From assembly GCF_003018255.1 (NCBI RefSeq), contig NZ_CP027440.1: a stretch of 64,000 nt of DNA; one strand, given 5' to 3'. Under the pieces are notes generated by a model, which saw only the letters and a program-made list of their open reading frames with translations, ran no database searches and had not been told where the DNA came from. The position numbers were made by a program, and so were the translations under genes. Origin of the DNA: Escherichia coli (GTDB taxonomy: Bacteria > Pseudomonadota > Gammaproteobacteria > Enterobacterales > Enterobacteriaceae). Below, piece by piece: positions 33,391-44,500 of this stretch (the stretch's first letter is position 1; every line of letters begins with the position of its first letter).

Positions 33391-34206
33391 ATGACGGAAG
33401 TTAGACGGCGCGGCAGGCCAGGACAGGCGGAGCCTGTGGCACAGAAGGGTGCACAGGCGTTAGAGCGGGGAATTGCGATTCTGCAATATCTGGAAAAAAG
33501 TGGGGGAAGTTCGTCGGTTAGCGATATCTCTCTCAATCTGGATTTGCCGCTCTCCACGACCTTTCGCTTGCTGAAGGTTTTACAGGCAGCGGATTTTGTC
33601 TATCAGGACAGTCAGTTAGGCTGGTGGCATATAGGATTAGGTGTCTTTAACGTCGGTGCAGCGTACATCCATAACCGCGATGTACTCTCCGTCGCCGGGC
33701 CGTTTATGCGCCGCCTGATGTTACTTTCCGGCGAAACGGTCAATGTCGCGATCCGTAACGGCAATGAAGCGGTATTAATTGGTCAGTTAGAGTGTAAATC
33801 GATGGTCAGGATGTGTGCGCCGCTGGGCAGTCGTCTGCCGCTGCATGCTTCCGGTGCGGGCAAGGCGCTGCTTTATCCGCTGGCGGAAGAGGAGTTGATG
33901 AGCATCATTCTGCAAACCGGTTTGCAGCAGTTTACGCCAACTACGCTTGTGGATATGCCCACCTTGCTGAAGGACCTGGAACAAGCGCGTGAACTGGGCT
34001 ATACCGTAGATAAAGAAGAGCATGTTGTAGGCCTGAATTGCATAGCTTCAGCAATTTACGATGATGTAGGTAGTGTTGTTGCCGCTATCTCCATCTCCGG
34101 GCCTTCATCAAGACTGACAGAAGATCGTTTTGTCAGTCAGGGTGAGCTGGTCAGAGACACCGCCCGCGATATCAGCACGGCGTTGGGACTGAAAGCACAT
34201 CCATAG
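33391..34206 (+). CDS. allR: IclR-family repressor of the allantoin regulon
   Basis: 271-aa ORF matching AllR. Confidence 0.95.
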
Positions 34207-34218
34207 TGTCTGTCGCAT

Positions 34219-34243
34219 CCCGCTCTGCGGAGCGGGTTTTTTT
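34219..34243 (+). terminator. Rho-independent terminator after allR
   Basis: CCCGCTC-TGCG-GAGCGGG followed by T7. Confidence 0.75.
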
Positions 34244-34258
34244 GACAAAATTTGAAAG

Positions 34259-34275
34259 TTGGAAAATTTTTCCAA
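34259..34275. promoter_or_regulatory. AllR operator in the gcl promoter
   Basis: Palindrome TTGGAAAATTTTTCCAA 20 nt upstream of the gcl start. Confidence 0.7.
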
Positions 34276-34295
34276 TTAATAGAGGTAGGAATAAA

Positions 34296-36077
34296 ATGGC
34301 AAAAATGAGAGCCGTTGACGCGGCAATGTATGTGCTGGAGAAAGAAGGTATCACCACCGCCTTCGGCGTTCCGGGAGCTGCAATCAATCCGTTCTACTCA
34401 GCGATGCGTAAGCACGGCGGTATTCGTCACATTCTGGCGCGTCATGTGGAAGGTGCTTCGCACATGGCGGAAGGTTATACCCGCGCAACGGCAGGGAATA
34501 TCGGCGTATGTCTGGGGACTTCCGGTCCTGCGGGCACGGACATGATCACCGCGCTCTATTCCGCTTCTGCTGATTCCATTCCTATTCTGTGCATTACCGG
34601 CCAGGCACCGCGCGCCCGTCTGCATAAAGAAGATTTTCAGGCCGTAGATATTGAAGCAATTGCTAAACCGGTCAGCAAAATGGCGGTTACAGTTCGTGAA
34701 GCGGCGCTGGTGCCTCGCGTGCTGCAACAGGCGTTTCACCTGATGCGTTCTGGTCGTCCGGGTCCGGTACTGGTGGATTTACCGTTCGACGTTCAGGTTG
34801 CGGAAATCGAGTTTGATCCTGACATGTACGAACCGCTGCCGGTCTACAAACCTGCTGCCAGCCGTATGCAGATCGAAAAAGCGGTAGAAATGTTAATTCA
34901 GGCCGAACGTCCGGTGATTGTTGCCGGGGGCGGGGTAATCAATGCTGACGCTGCTGCACTGTTACAACAGTTTGCTGAACTGACCAGCGTTCCGGTGATC
35001 CCAACGCTGATGGGCTGGGGCTGTATCCCGGATGACCACGAACTGATGGCCGGGATGGTGGGTCTGCAAACCGCGCATCGTTACGGTAACGCAACGTTGC
35101 TGGCGTCCGACATGGTGTTTGGTATCGGTAACCGTTTTGCGAACCGTCATACCGGTTCGGTAGAGAAATACACCGAAGGGCGCAAAATCGTTCATATCGA
35201 TATTGAGCCGACGCAAATTGGCCGCGTGCTGTGTCCGGATCTCGGCATTGTCTCTGATGCTAAAGCGGCGCTGACACTGCTGGTTGAAGTGGCGCAGGAG
35301 ATGCAAAAAGCGGGTCGTCTGCCGTGTCGTAAAGAATGGGTCGCCGACTGCCAGCAGCGCAAACGCACTTTGCTGCGCAAAACCCACTTCGACAATGTGC
35401 CGGTGAAACCGCAGCGCGTGTATGAAGAGATGAACAAAGCCTTTGGTCGCGATGTTTGTTATGTCACCACCATTGGTCTGTCACAAATCGCTGCGGCACA
35501 AATGCTGCATGTCTTTAAAGACCGCCACTGGATCAACTGTGGGCAGGCAGGCCCGTTGGGCTGGACCATTCCGGCGGCGCTGGGCGTGTGTGCCGCTGAT
35601 CCAGAGCGCAATGTGGTGGCGATTTCCGGTGACTTCGACTTCCAGTTCCTGATTGAAGAATTAGCCGTTGGCGCACAGTTCAACATTCCGTACATCCATG
35701 TACTGGTCAATAACGCCTATCTGGGGCTGATTCGCCAGTCGCAGCGCGCGTTTGATATGGATTACTGCGTACAGCTCGCGTTCGAAAATATTAACTCCAG
35801 TGAAGTGAACGGTTACGGCGTCGACCACGTAAAAGTAGCGGAAGGTTTAGGTTGTAAAGCGATTCGCGTTTTCAAACCGGAAGATATTGCACCAGCCTTT
35901 GAACAGGCGAAAGCCTTAATGGCGCAATATCGGGTACCGGTAGTCGTGGAAGTTATTCTCGAGCGTGTGACCAATATTTCGATGGGCAGCGAACTGGATA
36001 ACGTCATGGAATTTGAAGATATCGCCGATAACGCAGTGGACGCACCGACTGAAACCTGCTTCATGCACTATGAATAA
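34296..36077 (+). CDS. gcl: Glyoxylate carboligase (tartronate-semialdehyde synthase)
   Basis: ThDP enzyme. [13 protein letters not shown] start gives 593 aa; the ORF-track start lies 30 codons upstream and crosses the terminator and operator. Confidence 0.95.
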   Translation: MAKMRAVDAAMYVLEKEGITTAFGVPGAAINPFYSAMRKHGGIRHILARHVEGASHMAEGYTRATAGNIGVCLGTSGPAGTDMITALYSASADSIPILCITGQAPRARLHKEDFQAVDIEAIAKPVSKMAVTVREAALVPRVLQQAFHLMRSGRPGPVLVDLPFDVQVAEIEFDPDMYEPLPVYKPAASRMQIEKAVEMLIQAERPVIVAGGGVINADAAALLQQFAELTSVPVIPTLMGWGCIPDDHELMAGMVGLQTAHRYGNATLLASDMVFGIGNRFANRHTGSVEKYTEGRKIVHIDIEPTQIGRVLCPDLGIVSDAKAALTLLVEVAQEMQKAGRLPCRKEWVADCQQRKRTLLRKTHFDNVPVKPQRVYEEMNKAFGRDVCYVTTIGLSQIAAAQMLHVFKDRHWINCGQAGPLGWTIPAALGVCAADPERNVVAISGDFDFQFLIEELAVGAQFNIPYIHVLVNNAYLGLIRQSQRAFDMDYCVQLAFENINSSEVNGYGVDHVKVAEGLGCKAIRVFKPEDIAPAFEQAKALMAQYRVPVVVEVILERVTNISMGSELDNVMEFEDIADNAVDAPTETCFMHYE

Positions 36078-36089
36078 GGGAGATAAATA

Positions 36090-36866
36090 ATGTTACGTTT
36101 CTCTGCTAATTTATCGATGTTATTTGGTGAATATGATTTTCTCGCCCGTTTTGAGAAAGCTGCGCAGTGTGGTTTTCGCGGCGTTGAATTTATGTTCCCT
36201 TATGACTATGACATTGAAGAATTAAAACAGGTGCTGGCGAGTAATAAACTCGAACATACGTTGCACAATTTACCGGCAGGTGACTGGGCGGCGGGCGAGC
36301 GGGGTATTGCTTGTATTCCTGGTCGTGAAGAAGAGTTTCGGGATGGCGTAGCAGCAGCGATTCGTTATGCTCGTGCGCTGGGTAATAAAAAAATTAACTG
36401 TCTGGTTGGTAAAACGCCGGCTGGTTTCAGCAGTGAACAGATTCACACAACGCTTGTAGAAAACCTGCGTTATGCCGCGAATATGCTGATGAAAGAAGAT
36501 ATTTTATTACTGATTGAACCTATCAACCATTTTGATATTCCTGGTTTCCATCTCACCGGAACTCGCCAGGCACTGAAACTGATTGACGATGTTGGTTGCT
36601 GCAATTTGAAAATTCAGTATGACATTTATCACATGCAGCGGATGGAAGGTGAATTAACTAATACCATGACTCAGTGGGCCGATAAAATTGGTCACCTGCA
36701 AATTGCTGATAATCCGCATCGCGGCGAACCGGGAACCGGAGAAATTAATTATGATTATCTCTTTACGGTAATCGAAAATTCTGACTACAACGGTTGGGTT
36801 GGGTGTGAATATAAACCCCAAACCACCACGGAAGCCGGTTTACGCTGGATGGATCCGTACCGTTAA
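36090..36866 (+). CDS. hyi: Hydroxypyruvate isomerase
   Basis: 258-aa ORF matching Hyi. Confidence 0.95.
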   Translation: MLRFSANLSMLFGEYDFLARFEKAAQCGFRGVEFMFPYDYDIEELKQVLASNKLEHTLHNLPAGDWAAGERGIACIPGREEEFRDGVAAAIRYARALGNKKINCLVGKTPAGFSSEQIHTTLVENLRYAANMLMKEDILLLIEPINHFDIPGFHLTGTRQALKLIDDVGCCNLKIQYDIYHMQRMEGELTNTMTQWADKIGHLQIADNPHRGEPGTGEINYDYLFTVIENSDYNGWVGCEYKPQTTTEAGLRWMDPYR

Positions 36867-36965
36867 AACGTAACGCTATTCAGACAATGCTTTTTTAGGC
36901 CGCTAAGTTGGCAGGGGATCGTGTTGTCTGAATTCAGGAAAAGCGAAATTTAAAAGAGGTTAATT

Positions 36966-37844
36966 ATGAAACTGGGATTTATTGGCTTAGGCATTATGGG
37001 TACACCGATGGCCATTAATCTGGCGCGAGCCGGTCATCAACTGCATGTCACAACCATTGGTCCGGTTGCTGATGAATTACTGTCACTGGGTGCCGTCAGT
37101 GTTGAAACTGCGCGCCAGGTAACGGAAGCAGCGGACATCATTTTTATTATGGTGCCGGACACACCACAGGTTGAAGAAGTTCTGTTTGGTGAAAATGGTT
37201 GTACCAAAGCCTCGCTGAAGGGCAAAACCATTGTTGATATGAGCTCCATTTCCCCGATTGAAACTAAGCGTTTCGCTCGTCAGGTGAATGAACTGGGCGG
37301 CGATTATCTCGATGCGCCAGTCTCCGGCGGTGAAATCGGCGCGCGTGAAGGGACGTTGTCGATTATGGTTGGCGGTGACGAAGCGGTATTTGAACGTGTT
37401 AAACCGCTGTTTGAACTGCTCGGTAAAAATATCACCCTCGTGGGCGGTAACGGCGACGGTCAAACCTGCAAAGTGGCAAATCAGATTATCGTGGCGCTCA
37501 ATATTGAAGCGGTTTCTGAAGCCCTGCTGTTTGCTTCAAAAGCCGGTGCAGATCCGGTACGTGTGCGCCAGGCGCTGATGGGCGGCTTTGCTTCCTCACG
37601 TATTCTGGAAGTTCACGGTGAGCGCATGATTAAACGCACCTTTAATCCAGGTTTTAAAATTGCGCTGCACCAGAAAGATCTCAACCTGGCACTGCAAAGT
37701 GCGAAAGCACTGGCGCTGAACCTGCCAAACACCGCGACCTGCCAGGAATTGTTTAATACCTGTGCGGCAAACGGTGGCAGCCAGTTGGATCACTCTGCGT
37801 TAGTGCAGGCGCTGGAATTAATGGCTAACCATAAACTGGCCTGA
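36966..37844 (+). CDS. glxR: Tartronate semialdehyde reductase
   Basis: 292-aa ORF with the NAD-binding motif GFIGLGIMG. Confidence 0.95.
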   Translation: MKLGFIGLGIMGTPMAINLARAGHQLHVTTIGPVADELLSLGAVSVETARQVTEAADIIFIMVPDTPQVEEVLFGENGCTKASLKGKTIVDMSSISPIETKRFARQVNELGGDYLDAPVSGGEIGAREGTLSIMVGGDEAVFERVKPLFELLGKNITLVGGNGDGQTCKVANQIIVALNIEAVSEALLFASKAGADPVRVRQALMGGFASSRILEVHGERMIKRTFNPGFKIALHQKDLNLALQSAKALALNLPNTATCQELFNTCAANGGSQLDHSALVQALELMANHKLA

Positions 37845-38013
37845 TACCCGCAATAAAAATGGCCGATATCAGAAAATGAATCGGCCAGCAATATTAAAAA
37901 AAGAAAGCAGCCAAAGATGTTGCTTCAGTATTAAAAATAATATTTTTATTTTATTTGTTCCTCATAGCTAGATTAAAAAGACGTTATTCGATACGTGAAA
38001 TTAAGAGGGATTT

Positions 38014-39468
38014 ATGGAACATCAGAGAAAACTATTCCAGCAACGCGGCTATAGCGAAGATCTATTGCCAAAAACGCAAAGCCAGCGGACCTGGAAAACA
38101 TTTAACTATTTTACCTTATGGATGGGTTCGGTTCATAACGTTCCCAATTATGTGATGGTCGGCGGCTTTTTTATTCTCGGCTTGTCTACCTTTAGTATTA
38201 TGCTGGCAATTATCCTCAGCGCCTTTTTCATTGCCGCGGTAATGGTATTAAACGGTGCTGCGGGCAGTAAATACGGTGTGCCTTTTGCCATGATCCTGCG
38301 TGCTTCTTACGGCGTACGTGGTGCACTGTTTCCCGGATTATTAAGAGGCGGGATTGCTGCCATTATGTGGTTTGGCCTGCAATGTTACGCTGGATCGCTG
38401 GCCTGCTTGATCCTGATTGGCAAAATCTGGCCGGGATTTTTAACTCTCGGTGGTGATTTCACGCTGTTAGGCCTTTCTCTACCGGGCTTAATTACTTTCT
38501 TACTCTTCTGGCTGGTCAACGTTGGTATTGGTTTTGGCGGTGGCAAAGTTTTAAATAAATTCACTGCCATTCTTAACCCGTGCATCTATATCGTTTTCGG
38601 CGGTATGGCGATTTGGGCGATTTCGCTGGTCGGGCTCGGTCCAATCTTTGACTACATTCCGAGCGGTATTCAGAAAGCAGAAAACAGTGGCTTCCTGTTC
38701 CTGGTGGTGATTAACGCGGTAGTTGCGGTCTGGGCGGCACCGGCGGTGAGCGCATCCGACTTTACGCAAAACGCCCACTCGTTTCGTGAGCAAGCGCTGG
38801 GGCAAACGCTGGGTTTAGTTGTGGCCTATATTCTGTTTGCGGTCGCCGGGGTATGTATTATTGCCGGAGCCAGTATTCACTACGGCGCTGATACCTGGAA
38901 CGTGCTGGATATTGTTCAGCGTTGGGACAGCCTGTTCGCCTCGTTCTTTGCGGTACTGGTTATTCTGATGACAACTATCTCCACTAACGCCACCGGTAAT
39001 ATTATTCCGGCCGGTTATCAGATTGCCGCTATTGCACCGACGAAACTGACCTATAAAAACGGCGTACTGATTGCCAGTATTATCAGCCTGCTGATCTGCC
39101 CGTGGAAATTAATGGAAAATCAGGACAGTATTTATCTGTTCCTCGATATTATCGGCGGGATGCTGGGTCCGGTAATTGGTGTCATGATGGCGCATTATTT
39201 TGTGGTGATGCGTGGGCAAATTAATCTTGATGAACTGTACACCGCACCTGGCGATTATAAATATTACGATAACGGTTTTAACCTCACTGCGTTTTCAGTA
39301 ACTCTGGTGGCCGTTATTTTATCTCTTGGCGGTAAGTTTATTTCCTTTATGGAACCGTTATCTCGTGTTTCATGGTTTGTCGGCGTCATCGTCGCCTTTG
39401 CGGCCTACGCCTTATTAAAGAAACGTACTACAGCAGAAAAAACAGGAGAACAAAAAGTCACAGGTTAA
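38014..39468 (+). CDS. ybbW: NCS1-family allantoin permease
   Basis: 484-aa polytopic ORF; synteny. Confidence 0.9.
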   Translation: MEHQRKLFQQRGYSEDLLPKTQSQRTWKTFNYFTLWMGSVHNVPNYVMVGGFFILGLSTFSIMLAIILSAFFIAAVMVLNGAAGSKYGVPFAMILRASYGVRGALFPGLLRGGIAAIMWFGLQCYAGSLACLILIGKIWPGFLTLGGDFTLLGLSLPGLITFLLFWLVNVGIGFGGGKVLNKFTAILNPCIYIVFGGMAIWAISLVGLGPIFDYIPSGIQKAENSGFLFLVVINAVVAVWAAPAVSASDFTQNAHSFREQALGQTLGLVVAYILFAVAGVCIIAGASIHYGADTWNVLDIVQRWDSLFASFFAVLVILMTTISTNATGNIIPAGYQIAAIAPTKLTYKNGVLIASIISLLICPWKLMENQDSIYLFLDIIGGMLGPVIGVMMAHYFVVMRGQINLDELYTAPGDYKYYDNGFNLTAFSVTLVAVILSLGGKFISFMEPLSRVSWFVGVIVAFAAYALLKKRTTAEKTGEQKVTG

Positions 39469-39528
39469 TTAATCCCGATATTGAACATTGAGTTAAAAAA
39501 CCAATCTGTATTTTACAAGGAGTTTGTT

Positions 39529-40890
39529 ATGTCTTTTGATTTAATCATTAAAAACGGCACTGTTATTTTAGAAAACGAAGCTCGCGTTGTAGATATCGCC
39601 GTTAAAGGCGGAAAAATTGCTGCTATCGGTCAGGATCTGGGCGATGCAAAAGAAGTTATGGATGCGTCTGGTCTGGTGGTTTCGCCAGGCATGGTTGATG
39701 CGCACATCCATATTTCTGAACCGGGTCGTAGCCACTGGGAAGGTTATGAAACTGGTACTCGCGCAGCGGCAAAAGGTGGTATCACCACCATGATCGAAAT
39801 GCCGCTCAACCAGCTGCCTGCAACGGTTGACCGCGCATCGATTGAACTGAAGTTTGATGCCGCCAAAGGCAAGCTGACTATCGATGCGGCGCAACTCGGT
39901 GGCCTGGTGTCTTACAACATCGACCGTCTGCATGAGCTGGATGAAGTGGGCGTTGTCGGCTTCAAATGCTTCGTTGCGACCTGTGGCGATCGCGGTATCG
40001 ACAACGACTTCCGTGACGTCAATGACTGGCAGTTCTTCAAAGGTGCGCAGAAGCTGGGCGAACTGGGTCAGCCGGTGCTGGTGCACTGCGAAAACGCGCT
40101 GATCTGTGACGAACTGGGCGAAGAAGCGAAGCGTGAAGGTCGCGTAACCGCTCATGACTATGTGGCTTCGCGTCCGGTATTTACCGAAGTGGAAGCGATT
40201 CGCCGCGTGCTGTACCTGGCGAAAGTTGCCGGTTGCCGTCTGCACGTTTGCCATATCAGCAGCCCGGAAGGCGTTGAGGAAGTGACTCGTGCACGTCAGG
40301 AAGGTCAGGACGTTACTTGTGAATCCTGCCCGCATTACTTGGTACTGGATACCGATCAGTTCGAAGAAATCGGTACTCTGGCGAAGTGTTCACCGCCGAT
40401 CCGCGATCTGGAAAACCAGAAAGGCATGTGGGAAAAACTGTTTAACGGTGAAATAGACTGCCTGGTTTCCGACCACTCTCCATGCCCGCCGGAAATGAAA
40501 GCCGGTAACATCATGAAAGCGTGGGGCGGTATCGCTGGTCTGCAAAGCTGCATGGACGTGATGTTCGATGAAGCGGTACAGAAACGCGGAATGTCTCTGC
40601 CAATGTTCGGCAAATTAATGGCGACTAACGCAGCAGATATTTTCGGTCTGCAGCAAAAAGGCCGTATCGCCCCAGGAAAAGATGCCGACTTCGTCTTCAT
40701 TCAGCCGAATAGCAGCTATGTTCTTACCAATGACGATCTGGAATATCGCCACAAAGTCAGCCCGTATGTTGGCCGTACTATTGGCGCGCGTATCACGAAA
40801 ACCATCTTACGTGGTGATGTGATTTACGATATCGAACAGGGCTTCCCTGTTGCGCCGAAAGGTCAATTTATCCTTAAACATCAGCAGTAA
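39529..40890 (+). CDS. allB: Allantoinase
   Basis: Amidohydrolase. [10 protein letters not shown] start gives 453 aa. DAHIH metal motif. Confidence 0.95.
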   Translation: MSFDLIIKNGTVILENEARVVDIAVKGGKIAAIGQDLGDAKEVMDASGLVVSPGMVDAHIHISEPGRSHWEGYETGTRAAAKGGITTMIEMPLNQLPATVDRASIELKFDAAKGKLTIDAAQLGGLVSYNIDRLHELDEVGVVGFKCFVATCGDRGIDNDFRDVNDWQFFKGAQKLGELGQPVLVHCENALICDELGEEAKREGRVTAHDYVASRPVFTEVEAIRRVLYLAKVAGCRLHVCHISSPEGVEEVTRARQEGQDVTCESCPHYLVLDTDQFEEIGTLAKCSPPIRDLENQKGMWEKLFNGEIDCLVSDHSPCPPEMKAGNIMKAWGGIAGLQSCMDVMFDEAVQKRGMSLPMFGKLMATNAADIFGLQQKGRIAPGKDADFVFIQPNSSYVLTNDDLEYRHKVSPYVGRTIGARITKTILRGDVIYDIEQGFPVAPKGQFILKHQQ

Positions 40891-40945
40891 TCTGGCCCTG
40901 CAATGCCCGTCCTTGTGGCGGGCATTCTCCGGTTAAGGTGTGTTT

Positions 40946-42247
40946 ATGTTCAATTTTGCAGTGGGCCGCGAAAGCCTGTTATCAGGATTTCAGTGGTTTT
41001 TCTTTATTTTTTGCAACACGGTTGTGGTTCCTCCTACGCTACTTTCTGCTTTTCAGTTGCCGCAAAGTAGCCTGCTTACGCTCACGCAATATGCTTTTCT
41101 TGCTACCGTACTGGCCTGCTTCGCTCAGGCGTTCTGCGGTCATCGTCGCGCTATTATGGAGGGGCCGGGCGGCCTGTGGTGGGGAACCATCCTGACTATC
41201 ACCCTTGGCGAAGCATCGCGCGGGACACCGATCAACGATATCGCTACCAGTCTGGCGGTGGGGATTGCGCTCTCCGGCGTGCTGACGATGTTGATTGGTT
41301 TTAGCGGATTAGGCCATCGCCTGGCACGGTTATTTACGCCGTCGGTGATGGTCTTGTTTATGTTGATGCTGGGTGCGCAACTGACCACTATCTTTTTCAA
41401 AGGTATGCTCGGGCTGCCGTTTGGCATAGCCGACCCGAATTTTAAAATTCAATTACCGCCGTTCGCGCTCTCGGTGGCGGTGATGTGCCTGGTACTGGCG
41501 ATGATTATTTTCCTGCCACAACGTTTTGCCCGTTACGGCCTGCTGGTCGGTACGATAACCGGCTGGTTGTTGTGGTACTTTTGCTTTCCTTCTTCGCATT
41601 CGCTCTCCGGTGAGTTGCACTGGCAGTGGTTCCCGCTCGGCAGTGGCGGTGCTTTGTCGCCGGGGATTATTCTGACGGCGGTGATTACAGGTCTGGTAAA
41701 TATCAGCAATACCTACGGTGCGATTCGGGGCACGGATGTTTTTTATCCGCAGCAGGGCGCGGGGAATACGCGTTATCGTCGCAGCTTTGTGGCGACCGGA
41801 TTTATGACACTGATAACCGTGCCGCTGGCAGTAATTCCATTTTCACCGTTTGTTTCATCCATTGGTTTATTAACCCAGACAGGCGATTACACGCGGCGTT
41901 CGTTTATTTATGGCAGCGTTATTTGCCTGCTGGTGGCACTGGTTCCGGCACTCACGCGACTGTTTTGCAGTATCCCTTTACCCGTGAGTAGTGCAGTCAT
42001 GCTGGTTTCTTATCTGCCTTTACTCTTTTCCGCGCTGGTGTTTAGCCAGCAAATAACCTTTACCGCTCGCAATATTTATCGACTCGCATTGCCGTTATTT
42101 GTCGGCATATTTTTAATGGCATTACCGCCTGTGTATCTGCAAGACCTTCCATTAACGCTGCGTCCTCTGCTCAGTAACGGCTTACTGGTCGGGATTTTAC
42201 TGGCTGTTCTTATGGATAATCTTATTCCGTGGGAACGCATCGAATAA
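40946..42247 (+). CDS. ybbY: NCS2-family putative purine permease
   Basis: Polytopic ORF. ATG at 40946 follows TAAGGTG and gives 433 aa. Confidence 0.9.
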   Translation: MFNFAVGRESLLSGFQWFFFIFCNTVVVPPTLLSAFQLPQSSLLTLTQYAFLATVLACFAQAFCGHRRAIMEGPGGLWWGTILTITLGEASRGTPINDIATSLAVGIALSGVLTMLIGFSGLGHRLARLFTPSVMVLFMLMLGAQLTTIFFKGMLGLPFGIADPNFKIQLPPFALSVAVMCLVLAMIIFLPQRFARYGLLVGTITGWLLWYFCFPSSHSLSGELHWQWFPLGSGGALSPGIILTAVITGLVNISNTYGAIRGTDVFYPQQGAGNTRYRRSFVATGFMTLITVPLAVIPFSPFVSSIGLLTQTGDYTRRSFIYGSVICLLVALVPALTRLFCSIPLPVSSAVMLVSYLPLLFSALVFSQQITFTARNIYRLALPLFVGIFLMALPPVYLQDLPLTLRPLLSNGLLVGILLAVLMDNLIPWERIE

Positions 42248-42268
42248 TTTGTTGAAAAAGGATTGATA

Positions 42269-43414
42269 ATGAAAATTGTCATTGCGCCAGACTCGTTTAA
42301 AGAGAGTTTAAGTGCAGAAAAATGTTGTCAGGCAATTAAAGCCGGGTTTTCGACCATATTTCCCGATGCGCACTATATCTGTTTGCCGATAGCGGATGGC
42401 GGCGAAGGGACGGTGGATGCGATGGTCGCCGCGACGGGCGGCAACATCGTGACGCTTGAAGTCTGCGGGCCGATGGGCGAAACAGTGAATGCTTTTTATG
42501 GCCTTACCGGCGACGGGAAAACGGCGGTGATTGAGATGGCGGCGGCAAGCGGCCTGATGCTGGTCGCGCCTGAAAAGCGTAATCCGTTGCTGGCGTCAAG
42601 TTTTGGCACCGGAGAGCTGATTCGTCATGCGCTGGATAACGGCATTCGCCATATTATTCTCGGCATTGGCGGCAGTGCGACGGTCGACGGCGGTATGGGC
42701 ATGGCGCAGGCGCTCGGTGTGCGTTTCCTTGATGCTGACGGTCAGGTGCTGGCGGCTAACGGCGGCAATTTAGCGCGCGTGGCAAGCATTGAGATGGATG
42801 AATTCGATCCGCGTCTGGCGAACTGCCATATTGAAGTCGCATGTGATGTTGATAACCCGCTGGTAGGGGCACGCGGCGCGGCGGCGGTGTTTGGTCCGCA
42901 AAAAGGGGCAACGCCGGAAATGGTCGAAGAACTGGAACAGGGGCTGCAAAATTACGCCCGTGTTTTACAACAGCAAACTGAAATCAACGTCTGCCAGATG
43001 GCGGGCGGCGGCGCTGCGGGCGGTATGGGCATTGCGGCGGCGGTATTCCTCAATGCGGATATTAAACCGGGTATTGAGATTGTGTTGAATGCGGTCAATC
43101 TGGCGCAGGCGGTGCAGGGTGCAGCACTGGTGATCACCGGGGAAGGGCGCATCGACTCGCAAACGGCAGGCGGTAAAGCTCCGCTGGGCGTGGCGTCGGT
43201 GGCGAAGCAGTTTAATGTCCCGGTGATTGGGATTGCTGGCGTATTGGGTGATGGCGTGGAAGTGGTGCACCAGTACGGCATTGATGCGGTATTCAGCATT
43301 TTGCCACGTCTGGCACCTTTAGCCGAAGTGCTCGCCAGCGGTGAAACCAATCTCTTCAACAGTGCGCGAAATATTGCCTGCGCCATTAAAATAGGTCAGG
43401 GAATTAAAAACTGA
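42269..43414 (+). CDS. glxK: Glycerate 2-kinase
   Basis: [16 protein letters not shown] start gives 381 aa. Confidence 0.95.
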   Translation: MKIVIAPDSFKESLSAEKCCQAIKAGFSTIFPDAHYICLPIADGGEGTVDAMVAATGGNIVTLEVCGPMGETVNAFYGLTGDGKTAVIEMAAASGLMLVAPEKRNPLLASSFGTGELIRHALDNGIRHIILGIGGSATVDGGMGMAQALGVRFLDADGQVLAANGGNLARVASIEMDEFDPRLANCHIEVACDVDNPLVGARGAAAVFGPQKGATPEMVEELEQGLQNYARVLQQQTEINVCQMAGGGAAGGMGIAAAVFLNADIKPGIEIVLNAVNLAQAVQGAALVITGEGRIDSQTAGGKAPLGVASVAKQFNVPVIGIAGVLGDGVEVVHQYGIDAVFSILPRLAPLAEVLASGETNLFNSARNIACAIKIGQGIKN

Positions 43415-43431
43415 CTATTACCTTTAAAGCG

Positions 43432-43458
43432 GATGCGATTTATATCGCATCTTTTTTT
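43432..43458 (+). terminator. Rho-independent terminator after glxK
   Basis: GATGCGAT-TTAT-ATCGCATC followed by T7. Confidence 0.75.
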
Positions 43459-43473
43459 ACCTGAATTGACTAC

Positions 43474-43500
43474 AAAAAAAGCCACGGAATAAACCGTGGC
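43474..43500 (-). terminator. Rho-independent terminator after allE
   Basis: On the minus strand, GCCACGG-TTTATT-CCGTGGC followed by T7. Confidence 0.7.
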
Positions 43501-43542
43501 AAAATCCAACATAGCTAAAAATAATCAGGCGAGTGGTATGAC

Positions 43543-44268
43543 TTAAATCTCTACGTCGCGGTTGCAATCTTTCGAGTAAATATAGCTGAACGCTTCACCA
43601 CGCCCTACGCCATAACCAGCCTGTAAAGAATAAGCGCCCATAAAGATGTAATCGCCTTTTTTCACCGGGATCCAGTTATTGTCGAGGTTATAAACCCCCT
43701 GACCGGAAAGAATATAGGCACCGTGTTCCTGAACGTGGGTTTCGATATAACCGTGGCTGGCACCTGGTGCAAAAGAGAGGATATGCATGTTCATATCAAA
43801 ACCTAACTCTTTGGGCAGAAAATCCAGCAGAATAACATCGTCCATGCCTTCATAATGAATGCGTTCCAGTTCGCTGGCATTGCCAGAAACCAGCCACGGC
43901 GCATGACCTTCTACCGGAATATAGCGACGCTTATATAAAAAGATTTGGCTGTCTTCGGCCTGGGCGTTAACAAACGTCATTAAGGAGCCTGGCGGGCAAT
44001 AAAGATAGCCACCTTCACTTAAGGTAAATGTTTTCCCTTCGGCTTTGGCAGTGATATTTCCAGAGATCACATACAGGAACGTTTCAATGCCTTCGCCACC
44101 GAAGCCCTGTTGGTTGCCGCCGTTTTGATGCAGTGTGACCAGATAATCAACAAAAGAGGCACCCAGCTTTGGCGTGGAGAGGATTGTCGCGTCACAATTT
44201 TCAAAGCCCGGAATAATATTTTTTACCAGACCGTCTGGTGTTAACAGTGCGAAATTACCGTGTTTCAC
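43543..44268 (-). CDS. allE: (S)-ureidoglycine aminohydrolase with its native start destroyed; the longest ORF restarts at internal GTG (Val21)
   Basis: The cupin ORF matches AllE/YlbA. In-frame codons 2-20 (GYLNNVTGYREDLLANRAI) persist up to 44325. The start-codon position (44326-44328) reads AAG and is preceded by TAA and TGA. Confidence 0.8.
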   Translation of the reverse strand: MKHGNFALLTPDGLVKNIIPGFENCDATILSTPKLGASFVDYLVTLHQNGGNQQGFGGEGIETFLYVISGNITAKAEGKTFTLSEGGYLYCPPGSLMTFVNAQAEDSQIFLYKRRYIPVEGHAPWLVSGNASELERIHYEGMDDVILLDFLPKELGFDMNMHILSFAPGASHGYIETHVQEHGAYILSGQGVYNLDNNWIPVKKGDYIFMGAYSLQAGYGVGRGEAFSYIYSKDCNRDVEI

Positions 44269-44319
44269 AATCGCACGGTTAGCCAGTAAATCTTCGCGGT
44301 AACCGGTGACGTTATTTAA

Positions 44320-44332
44320 ATATCCCTTTTAT
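44320..44332. repeat. attL core
   Basis: ATATCCCtTTTAT. A 7-bp perfect identity (ATATCCC) is shared with attR, 13 bp with one mismatch. Confidence 0.7.
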
Positions 44333-44410
44333 CAAATAGTGTTTTTTGCTGTTTCATAATGTTTCAGGTCGTTCATTATGTTTTTGATTATCAACGGATT
44401 TGCCATTTTT

Positions 44411-44450
44411 CTTGTTTCAGCTTGTTTCACGTTGTAGCGCTTTGTGCAAC
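44411..44450 (+). promoter_or_regulatory. Four 10-bp-phased TTGT(nn)CA repeats on the attL-side arm
   Basis: cTTGTTTCAg cTTGTTTCAc gTTGTagcgc tTTGTGCAac. Confidence 0.45.
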
Positions 44451-44453
44451 GAT

Positions 44454-44479
44454 CGGTGTAGTTAATGGTGTAGTCAATT
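44454..44479 (+). repeat. Tandem arm-type site, probable integrase arm-binding (left copy)
   Basis: CGGTGTAGTTAATGGTGTAGTCAATT is identical to 58414-58439. Confidence 0.55.
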
Positions 44480-44500
44480 GTGATGACCGGAATCAAAATT

